The translations under genes and the position numbers were made by a program. Positions 53,850 to 64,000 of a stretch of 64,000 bases of DNA are shown here, one piece after another. The notes below the pieces were generated by a model. The model was given only the letters and a program-made list of their open reading frames with translations. It did not search any database and had not been told where the DNA came from. Source of the stretch: Monocercomonoides exilis PA203 (lineage: Eukaryota > Protista > Preaxostyla); the NCBI GenBank assembly GCA_001643675.2, contig LSRY02000028.1, positions 62,001 to 126,000 on the forward strand. The letters run 5' to 3'. Numbering within the stretch: the stretch's first letter is position 1; each line of letters begins with the position of its first letter.

Positions 53850-54136
53850 ACAGACGAGGCTTCAAGTTATTTGTCATGTCACAAAGGTATATACAAAACT
53901 TTCAAAATAGCTTCATTTGTGCTCAGAGAAAATATTCAGAAATCTTGGAGAAACTAAAAATCCTATTTCTTCTTGATTTCTAAATATTTTTTCCTAGCAC
54001 AAATGAAGCTGTCCTGAAAGTCTTGTATGTCACGTGAGTTTGTATTGATGAGATATATTTTGAGGAAAATTATCAGAATTTTTCTTCTTGCTGTGATTGA
54101 GATATCGATCTTGTCCGGTATTTTTTGCACAAACTA
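53268..54136. mobile_element. Palindromic Tc1/mariner-type MITE, diverged copy interrupted by a hAT MITE
   Basis: TA|CAGTTTGTGCAAAAAACACCGGACAAGATCGAT...ATCGATCTTGTCCGGTATTTTTTGCACAAACTA. The arms pair once 53385-53899 is removed. Same family as 41045-41439. Confidence 0.75.
53385..53891. mobile_element. Non-autonomous hAT element (MITE), 507 bp
   Basis: 21-bp TIRs TATACCT(C/T)TGTGACATGACAA and a perfect 8-bp TSD TACAAAAC (53377-53384, 53892-53899). Contains subterminal CTGACGGTCA repeats and an internal T55 run. Confidence 0.92.
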
Positions 54137-54418
54137 AATACTATTGTGACATTTTTCACACTTTCAATGACATATGGTCTTCTAAATTTTGTTCAAAATT
54201 TCTTCAATATTACACTATATCAATTTGTATTTTTTCTTTTTTGCATAAACATTCCACTTTTAAAGATATATTTTAAACACCAAAAATCACCAATGTTTTC
54301 GAAAAAAATTCCATTGAAATACAGGTTTGATATTTCCGCGAAAACTTCAAAAACAAGGAATAAACAACTTTCAGTTTTGTCAGCCGCTAATAATATTTAT
54401 TTTCTCATTTAGCACATA

Positions 54419-54667
54419 CATATGTCTAAATTTTTTTGAAAAGTACCTTTTGTTTATTTTTCAAATAAATTAATAATTTTATATTTCGATCAAATATCTG
54501 TTCCCACTTACGAAACATTTCTAGAATGGATATTATAACATTGCTAAAATTTTATTTTCTTGACAGCGAAGTTTTCTGAGTGGGAACAGAAAATTGATTG
54601 AAAAATGACAATTTTGTATTTTTTAAAAATTAAACAAAAGGAACTTTTAAAAAAAATTTGACATATA
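54419..54667. mobile_element. Old TA-flanked palindromic MITE (second family)
   Basis: TA|CATATGTCTAAATTTTTTTGAAAAGTACCTTTTGTTTA...CTGTTCCCACT pairs imperfectly with AGTGGGAACAG...TAAACAAAAGGAACTTTTAAAAAAAATTTGACATATA|TA. Confidence 0.65.
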
Positions 54668-56112
54668 TATATATTTACATTCAAATTTCACGCCATTGAA
54701 GCTCTTTTGTTCATCAAGAATTAAACAAAACTGAATGAAAACCTTCAATTTGAGTAAATATGTCCAATAATCATAATGGATATTTCATAAACAAAATTTT
54801 ATTTTTAAAAAGAAATTAATTGAGTTCAAAGATTAATTCTCGACATTATTAATGACAGTCTTTTTTAAAAAGTTATTAATGAATTATTTTTCGAAGTTTT
54901 AGCTGTTTATTTTTTTCGGTATTTATTCCTTTCACACTTTCTTTTTTAAAAGCTTTGTGTGCATTGTTTGTTACCAAAGAAAACATATCTAAAGAAAGAA
55001 ACATATTTAACCAGAGTGATTTGCATTTTCAAAGTTCATTTGAAAAAACAATAATAACATATTTCAAATTATGTCAAAGTAAAATGGAAACGATTAAAAG
55101 TATAAAACAAGTTATTTATGACAATGTTTTTGGTTTTTTTCATCATTGAGAGTTAAAAACTTTCATTATCCAATTAAAACAGGTAAAAATCACATAGAAT
55201 ATAATCAACATCGGCAATTGTCAAAATTTTCGATGCACGGATAATTTTGGCCTATTTTTCATTCATTTTCCATCGCTTATCATCATTGGGCTTAATAAGC
55301 ATAATCATTTTTTCACTCAAAATGGTTCGTTTTTCGTTGAAAAACTTATTTTTGTTGAAAAATCCAAATTAATGACTTAAAGAAATTAAATTTAAATAAG
55401 TTTAAAAAGAGGATATTGTCGACAAAAAATATTTTTACAATGTGAAAAAAACGTAAATGTGAAGTATTTTTTTCAAAAGAAAAATTTACATAAAATAAAT
55501 TAATCAATATTTTTATTTTTTTTTAAATGTGAAGTCGCATTGATTATAATCTCAATCGAATATTTTCGCAAAAAGTTGTGCAAAAACCGATGTGTTTATT
55601 TCTTGTGAAGTCTATTTTTTTTTTAACATGGAAGTGACAATTATTTCAGAACAACATTTATGGCAGTGTGAATTTGATATTCATTTAACCTCGGTTTATT
55701 TCACCTCGTTTGGAGTAAAGATCGCGAAAAATCACATCTTTTCGAATATTAAAAAATGATTTGCATATTTTAATATGCAATTTATCGGTTATAATCACAT
55801 CAAAATTGCGAATAATCGCATTTTTTAATATATAATAGGTTTTTTAATGTCAATTTTAAAAAATTTCATAATGAAAGTTGTTATTTTCTGTTTCAATATT
55901 TGCAATAAAGAACATTGAAACATTTCAAATTTATATATCTATCCAATTGGGTTGAATTCATAAAATTTTTAAATTTTTCTTTTCATTATCTCAAAAATAA
56001 AATTCTACAAAAAGTCTTAATGAAAAAACTGTTCGAATTGAAATCAAGTTCGGTTATAATCACAAAAATTCGCGCAAAATGGATTGTAATAATAATCCGG
56101 CTTCACTGAAGT

Positions 56113-56894
56113 GTCAACTTTTTTATGGAACTTTTTCCCTTATTGGCACTTTTTTTGTTTTTGATTGCCATCAACAGAAAAACGCTGGATGACTTTCAGC
56201 ACTTATAAATCCTTTTAAACTAGTTTCATTCTATTTATTTACTATTTTCTTTTTTATTTTTGTTTTTTATACATCGAGAAATTGAGTTTTTTGCAAAATT
56301 TTATAGGACTTTTACCAGCCAACCAGGCAACTCATAAGAAATTGATGAGTTGTTTTGAATTGCATGAACTATTATCTAACTATTTTTAAATTCATTTTTT
56401 TCACAAACACTTTTTTCTTGTTTTTTTCGCATTTCATTTTTTTAACAACATGCAAACAAAAAACCGGTTATTTCTTTGTTAATATAATGAAATGATAAAA
56501 ATAAAATTTTGATTTGAAAAACAAATACTTTAATAATGAAGCGTTGCGAAAATAAAACATTTATTTTTTCTATATGGGTGATTATTTTCGTAATCATATT
56601 TTTTTATTAAAAAATTTCGGTGCAAAAATATTTCTTGAATATCAATAAAAAAATTGAAAAGTGAAAAGGCTTATTGAATGCATTTTAATCTTTGATTCGG
56701 AAAAACCATTTGTTTTTAAATACAATTATCATATTTGGCAAGTTCCAAGTATATGGACCATCGATAAAAAAAATTTCATATAAAGCACACGAAATAAAAT
56801 GCTATTATAATTAATTTAAAATTCGTTTTATTTGTCGAAAATGCAATGTTAATAACTTTCTGTTTTTTCATTTGATCAGTCCCATAAATATTTT
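56113..56894 (+). repeat. Left arm of a 782-bp inverted repeat
   Basis: Reverse complement of 60049-60830. Equal length, with no mismatch in the stretches compared by eye. Confidence 0.92.
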
Positions 56895-57229
56895 CTTTCT
56901 TTCCTATTTTTGTATTATCTCAAGATAACAGGAATGGAGCTTCATCATCTCATGTTTCGGAATTTATTCCGTTAAGTTTATTGTTATTTGCTTCCGTCTG
57001 TTATATAAAATTTCACAACCTCATTTTTTATGTTGCTATTAATATTTAATAAAAACTATAAATATTTAATCAATTTGTTTAATTTCTCAATTAAAAAGAA
57101 GGATTAGAATTGCTGAATAAAAAATGACCTTTTTTGAACCGATATAGCGAAATATCTTCATTGTTGACCGGTTGTTTTGAATTGAATGCAACTTAAGCTT
57201 TCACTTCAAAAATCCTGAAAAAGAAAGTG

Positions 57230-59521
57230 TTCAAGTTACTGACGCTTGGTGTGCCATCGAGAAATATTCCGAAATTGCTGGCTGGAAAAGTGAGGATTTC
57301 CATGTGACGATGAATTAGGCAGATTTAGAGGGAATTTAAAAAAAAATTAAGAAACAAAAACTCTTTTAAGTTGACATCCAGCAACGTAACAGCAGTGTTC
57401 GAACAAGCCTCAAAGAATAAGCGGTCTGCTTCTAACTCTAATGAAGACTGTTCAGATTGCTTTGCTCCAAATGCTTCTGCTGATGGCTGCTGCCTCGATG
57501 CCTGCAAGCGGATGGCCAAGAATGAAACATTGCTCAAACACAAACAATGACTTTCAACACAAATTACAGTATTTTCCAGCTGTACCTGCTCTTCTGACGT
57601 GATTGTGCAGTCGCCCAGCGTCAGATTTCCGCTCCTCACCCCAAAGACAGAGCGATGCGCCGAAGCGAAGCTGTGGCCGAAGACGACGTCCATCCCCAAA
57701 ATACTGCACTCCTCGGACGAAGACACAACACAATCGGCACTTCCATCTATCTGAGCGATTTCGGAATTGAACTCAAAAACAGCGGAGCTGCTTCCGACTG
57801 TCTGCACTGTCGCTGATGAAATGGCTGTCTCTGCTGAAACAGCTGCCTTCTTCACCACCAGCACGTTCTGGTACGGCTCGTCGTTCAGATGCCCCACAGC
57901 CTCGCTGAGCGTCTCACACGGGCCTTCCCTTTACCCACAATCCTTCTCGTTCTTCCACTTCTCTCCTAACACAAATATCCGCTCTGACTTGTAGAACACA
58001 ATAAATGGAACCAAATCAATCGGCTCGTTATGAGCCTTGTCAATCCCGAAGATCGCATAATTTCTGCAAAAAGCCAACTCATTGAAGTCCATCACAAACA
58101 GCGCCTCGTTGATCTGCTCAGCAATCGATCGGCAGATAATGTAAAGATCCTTCGCCACACTCGCTCTGTTCAAAGAAAACCGAATCAGCCGAAATTTGAT
58201 TGGCAGCACCTTCGCATTCTCCGAAGACTGTGCATCTGAATCTTCTGGATCGTCCAGGCAGTTCAATGCAATTGCCCCTCCTCTGCCTTCAGTCGTTGAG
58301 CATGCACATGTCACAAATGACGACAATTCGCCTGCACACTGCCTTCATTTGATCAGCTATCAGCCAACCCATCCGCCTTTTCCTTCATCCTCACATAAAA
58401 CACGCTTGTCACAAAATGTTCAGCTGGCGCAGCAAGTCGGATGGCTGATGCCGCAAAGGAAAGCTCGGCCATTTTGGACTCTTCAATCGAAAGTGTTCCA
58501 GACGAAACATGGAAAAGCACAAAGGCAATGCCTTCTTCTGCTGTCTGCATCGCAAAGGAGCATTTGTTAAGCGTGGCTGTTCCTGTCTCAGTGAAAAGAA
58601 GCTCCTTTTGTGCTGTTTCGAAAGACGAAGGCAGGCAGAAGTTGATGGAGGTGAAGGTGAGCATAAGCTTGTTAGTGAGCACAGCCTCAGAAGGCTCAGA
58701 AAGAGATTGAATAGCTTTTCCCACATTGATTGTGCATTCATCTGAGGAAGGCTCATCAGAGGAAGAGGAAGAAGAAGAATGGCCAGGAGAAGAAGGAACA
58801 GCTGGGCTTATTGAGCTGTTTGAAAGGTCCCACTCGTCTGAAATGGTAGCACTTATGTTGATTTTGATTTCTCTGAACTGAATTTCTTCTCTGAAATGCC
58901 TCATCCCTTCCCACACGACAGACAAGGCTCCGTTTCTGATCCGCACCCGCGAATGTCTCTTCCACTCGACGACACAACAACAGAAGTGTCTGTGTGCTCA
59001 AACAGCAGCTTGTCCAAAGATATGCCTTCTGTAAAGTTCAATTTGTCTGTCCCAAAGAAATCTGTTGTGTTCTTCCATTTAGTCCAATCAAACATCACCA
59101 AACACCAAGTCAGACAAAGAGAACCCATCGATCAAGTTGCAACAGCGCAGATACAAAAACCCTCCTCTTTATTTGAAAGTTTAACAAACGCATAGAATTC
59201 TGATTTCACACCATTCTTCAGATAATTCACCGCAATGAACACATCTCTTCCCAGGTGTACCCTGTTTCTTCCAACAATTATTTCTTCCAATGAATATCTG
59301 TCATTGTTGTCTGTTAAATATGTCAAATAGATTCCTACACCACATCCTTCAGAACTGCTGCAGATGCTGTCCGTCACTCCCTCATTGCTCATTTTCAGCT
59401 GTCCATCTGCCCCTTTCAGCTCAAAAGATATCGCTCCTCCCTTTTTGCATCCTTCTGAGACGAGTGTCTGGAACGTGCATTTAACAACTTCGGTTTCGTA
59501 TCTGTTCTGAAGAGTGAACAT
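57230..59521 (-). pseudogene. Internal fragment (about 2 modules) of a beta-helix surface-protein family gene, with frameshifts and stops
   Basis: KKGGAISF, GRDVFI, VVVSSSGRDIRGCGSETEPCLS, GRGGAIAL, IFVLGEKWKNEKDCG*REGPCETL (in-frame TAA at 57931). Split over five or more ORFs. Confidence 0.8.
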
Positions 59522-60048
59522 CGAAGAGCACAGATACGATGATCTATTGTTGATGTTGCTTTATGAAGAAGTAAACAATATAAGCACATCTGCTGAATAA
59601 TCCTCTTTCTCTATGTATTTTTGGTTTTTTTGGTTTTTTCTTTTTTTAGAATTTTACAAATACATAAATTAATTTATATGAATTTTTTAGTGATAAATTC
59701 AAATTGTTTAATGGAAGTGGGAATCAATATCATCGATGAAATAAACTGAAAAAAATGAATCTTGTTTTAAAAATTCAATCAATAATAATATTTGCAAAAA
59801 AATTATACGATTTTTCGTTTGATTATTATTTGATGTTCAATAAAGTTTTTGCATTTCTTTGTGCTCGAAATAACCTGTGTGAAAGAAATAACTCAATTGT
59901 GTCTATATTACTCGAAAAAACATGAAAAAATGTGAAAAAGTTACTTGTTTGTATATCTCAAGATATGAGCACAACAAAAACAAGAATGGAAAAAAGAATA
60001 ACGTGTTCAATTATGAAAAAATCAAAGAATAAAAATTTTATTTGTTTA

Positions 60049-60830
60049 AAAATATTTATGGGACTGATCAAATGAAAAAACAGAAAGTTATTAACATTGC
60101 ATTTTCGACAAATAAAACGAATTTTAAATTAATTATAATAGCATTTTATTTCGTGTGCTTTATATGAAATTTTTTTTATCGATGGTCCATATACTTGGAA
60201 CTTGCCAAATATGATAATTGTATTTAAAAACAAATGGTTTTTCCGAATCAAAGATTAAAATGCATTCAATAAGCCTTTTCACTTTTCAATTTTTTTATTG
60301 ATATTCAAGAAATATTTTTGCACCGAAATTTTTTAATAAAAAAATATGATTACGAAAATAATCACCCATATAGAAAAAATAAATGTTTTATTTTCGCAAC
60401 GCTTCATTATTAAAGTATTTGTTTTTCAAATCAAAATTTTATTTTTATCATTTCATTATATTAACAAAGAAATAACCGGTTTTTTGTTTGCATGTTGTTA
60501 AAAAAATGAAATGCGAAAAAAACAAGAAAAAAGTGTTTGTGAAAAAAATGAATTTAAAAATAGTTAGATAATAGTTCATGCAATTCAAAACAACTCATCA
60601 ATTTCTTATGAGTTGCCTGGTTGGCTGGTAAAAGTCCTATAAAATTTTGCAAAAAACTCAATTTCTCGATGTATAAAAAACAAAAATAAAAAAGAAAATA
60701 GTAAATAAATAGAATGAAACTAGTTTAAAAGGATTTATAAGTGCTGAAAGTCATCCAGCGTTTTTCTGTTGATGGCAATCAAAAACAAAAAAAGTGCCAA
60801 TAAGGGAAAAAGTTCCATAAAAAAGTTGAC
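60049..60830 (-). repeat. Right arm of the 782-bp inverted repeat
   Basis: Reverse complement of 56113-56894. Confidence 0.92.
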
Positions 60831-61280
60831 CATTTTGGGAAAATATTTTTCACTTTTTGTATTTTGTTCAACTCTAAATTTTCTATTGTTTTTCTAAATT
60901 TATCAATTTTCATATACTTTTTTGCACAAAAACGTTACACTCATAATGATATGATAATAGAAAAATTTGGAACAAGCTTATATTTTTCTAAATAAAGACA
61001 AAAAAATGCCCTTAAAAGTATTCGTGTTTCCATAAAAAAAAAATGAATTGATGAGATATTAAATTTCATTTCCTAAATACTCATAATTTTCAATTTGAAT
61101 GATATTCAACAACAAAGAATGAATTTCTCTCATACTTAGTGAATATGATTTTTTAATTGCATTATGGATTCATATTAAAATATGGCGCATCTTTCGCAAT
61201 TATCATTGACAATATTTAACATTTTGTTTGTGTTGCTAACGAAAAATAATAAAAATGAAAGAAAAAGATTTCACAAACTT

Positions 61281-63143
61281 TCAGAACGATCCAAAAGATT
61301 CACATGATAGAAGATCCATGTGCTTTTTAAAACTGGCCAGAACCAATTTGTACTCCGCTAATGTCATTTGATATAATAGTGAAAGTTTAGATATCCTTTC
61401 TTCTTGTGCTAATCCAACAAGCTCTTCTTCGTGCGTTCGCAATAAATGACGTTTTATCTGTTATGGTAAAAATTCAAGCAGCAAGATTATTTGTGTGAAA
61501 TTCACAGTAATCAAAAATTACAGTATTAACATTATTAAAAATTTTAAGTCACTTTCCATACATCCTTTCGAAACTCTTCTTCAGATTTTGCATCTCCAGG
61601 CAAGCAAATCATTCGAATGATATTGTAACAATGTTTCAGCTGATTTGTCGAAAGTGGCACAATTTTTTGAGCAGATTCCAAAAGATCTGGAGAGAAAGGT
61701 AATATGGATGGAAGCGAGTAAGCTGTTTCAACAGGATCAGAAGGTTTAGCAAAAGGAATAGGCCTTGCAAAATAAACAGATAAACAGATAAATAAATAAA
61801 TAAAAGGATTAATAAAATCTTTGTGAATTGTTATTTATTAATTAACACACTTTGAAGTCAAAACACCAAGCTTAGAAAGGAGCATTATATCTGTAACAGT
61901 ACGCATAATTTTAAAACTAAATACATTCAACAAAAAAAGAATAACAATATCAATAGTGCATGTAGAATAAATTGGGTTCATTGAACCACAAACTCAGGCG
62001 ATTGCAATTCTAGTGTAGTGTCAATTACTCCAGATGAAAGTGCTTTTTTGTATACGCTCGCCAAAAGAAATGTTCCATGACCCTGTCGATGATACGGTTC
62101 AAATATCAAAAATTGACTGTGTGTATTTATCATTTAAAAAAAAGAAAGAAATAAAACAGATTGCAAATCGAAAAATACGTCTAAATCTTCAAATTGTCTG
62201 TTCAAATACTCCAAACCTAATGCGAAATCTGTAATTGTCAGGAAAGCGGAAGAATCGATACACTGTGGTATATCCAACAATAGAGTAATGAGTAATTTCC
62301 CTTCTTGTTGTTTTTTGAAATCTTTGTAAAATAAAAACAATAAAAACAAATATTTATTTTTACAAAAATTTAGGGACAAACATTATGAAAATCTCCCATT
62401 GCGTATCAGGTGTGCTTGTATCTTTTTCCACTGAATCACGAGAACATGGATCTATAAATGATGCTGTGTCAATAAAGAAAAACGGCATTATCTGAAGCTG
62501 ATGATGATATAGACGCATTCTGTGATTCGCTAATGATTCCTTAAATAATATGTAACAAAAACATATTGAAAGTATTTAAAAAATTATTTCAAACATGATA
62601 TATTTCATAAACAACAGTTGTATCTTCAGATGAAGAAGAAATAGGAGATCGATTTCCAGCGAATGACATAGGAGGATTATATTGAAGAACAAGATTGCCA
62701 GGAGGAGTCCATCCCCGGGGAGTGTCTTTAAAAGGCGCAAAAGTGCAGGGTGATAAGCTAGATATTATTGTATCAACAGGGTCGATTGACTTTACAAAAT
62801 TGAAGATTCAACAAGAAAAAAATTGAGAATAAAAATAAAAATTATCAAAACTGATTCAGATGCTGGTTTTGTAATCCCTTCAATCATTGTTTCAAAAGTA
62901 TCATCCTTTATATGAATAACAATTTCACTTGAATTAACATCATTGATTGTTTCATTGTCACCAAAAAAATAATGAGTATATGTTGGATGAAATGATGGTG
63001 TTTGAGGACCTATTCCAGATGTATTATCTGAAAAGCATATTGAGGATGTTGAAAATTTAAATTAAAGTACGTAGGTTCACTTTATGAAAAAATATCAAAC
63101 GGAAAACAAAGGAAATCGCTTGTTTAGCATCAACAGAAGTCAT
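61281..63143 (-). CDS. HAT1: Histone acetyltransferase type B catalytic subunit HAT1, about 9 short exons (not in the ORF track)
   Basis: Manual splicing gives MTSVDAKQAISFVF, FHPTYTHYFFGDNETI, WTPPG, YHHQLQIMPFFFIDTASFID...WEIF, VGYTTVYRFFRFPDNYRFRISQFLIFEPYHRQGHG (GNAT motif A), DTTLE and FRKDIKRHL, with TGA at 61281. Confidence 0.9.
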
Positions 63144-63299
63144 TTTGATTTGTTATGGATTTTTGATCATTTTTTGTTCCTTTTTGAAATATTAATATTT
63201 TTTCACCCATGCTTTTCTCTCTTTTAAAATTAAGTGAAATAATTGAAAAAGGCTTTGATTTGTGAATCAATTTCAAAAAAAATTATTCTCATTCATTCA

Positions 63300-64000
63300 C
63301 ATAAGCTTTTATTTATTTATAATAACTTTGGAATAAACAGACTTCATAACCTTTTCTTCACAAAGGAGTTTAACATGGAATGCGAGTATTCATCCACTTT
63401 ATTTTTTGAATTTTATCTGAGACATCTTCCTCAAGTTGCACATTGCCTTTTTATCTTCTGTCTTTTCTTTTATCAAATTCTCCTTCATTTTTCTATCAAT
63501 ACTTCTTCCTCACCCCACATTTCCTTGCACTCTTTTTTATTCAATGCACAGATCTTCCTTCTTTCAAACTTCATTTTAACTTTTTCTGAATCCACTTAAA
63601 GAAACTTTTGTCAACCTTTTAGAATTCTCATGAAGTTATCTTTGCAATGTCATCACAAATTGAAGGAGCAACAAGCTTGCATTGTTGATCTGTTCCGAAT
63701 TATAACAATAACTAAATGTTTGAAATAATTATGAAACGATAAGCAATTGACATAAAAAAAAATCATTTATTAAATGCAAACATCAGTTGTTTCAGATGAA
63801 GCATGTATTCCTTAACATGTCTGCCTGATTGCTTAATCACTTTTGCGATCATCACAAGCGAATGGAAAACTTTTTCAGAAAAGAATGTTACAGCATATCC
63901 GGTTCTTCTTCTTTTGACACTTTCTTTTGTGCTTATCAAAAAAGATAGACAGATAGAGAAGCGCTTCGTATGAAAATTGTTCTGATATATATATATCTAA
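63300..64000 (-). pseudogene. Possible degenerate coding fragment
   Basis: Purine-rich, coding-like minus-strand composition with an intron-like tract, but frequent stops and no recognisable motif. Confidence 0.25.

Noticed and set aside
39650-61250. CRISPR-like or regularly spaced repeat-spacer array
   Set aside because: No constant-length direct repeat with unique spacers was seen. The repeats are inverted or simple-sequence, and the context is eukaryotic.

Overview
AT-rich, intron-rich eukaryotic genomic DNA in the standard genetic code (TAA, TAG and TGA each end an intact gene). The style suggests a flagellated anaerobic protist, most like the oxymonad Monocercomonoides; this is an inference. 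1-25.3 kb is a dense block of spliced genes: syntaxin-5, SEM1/DSS1, two low-complexity unknowns, a receiver-domain/cyclic-nucleotide phosphodiesterase, GCP2, IFT139/TTC21B and an anoctamin. 25.3-61.2 kb is an accessory island. It holds a disrupted ~13.5-kb beta-helix-repeat receptor pseudokinase gene, further fragments of that family, a tRNA-Asn, a dead hAT transposase, reciprocally nested hAT and Tc1/mariner-type MITEs, an 869-bp fold-back palindrome and a 782-bp inverted repeat pair around a surface-protein fragment. A multi-intron HAT1 gene missed by the ORF track lies at 61.3-63.1 kb. The most notable observations are: (1) a PH-IQ-IQ-anoctamin whose Ca2+-binding acidic residues appear lost; (2) a REC-PDE protein in which both modules look degenerate; (3) a chimeric symmetric transposon built from two hAT left ends around a TA-flanked MITE. 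All calls come from manual reading and motif recall, with no database searches.
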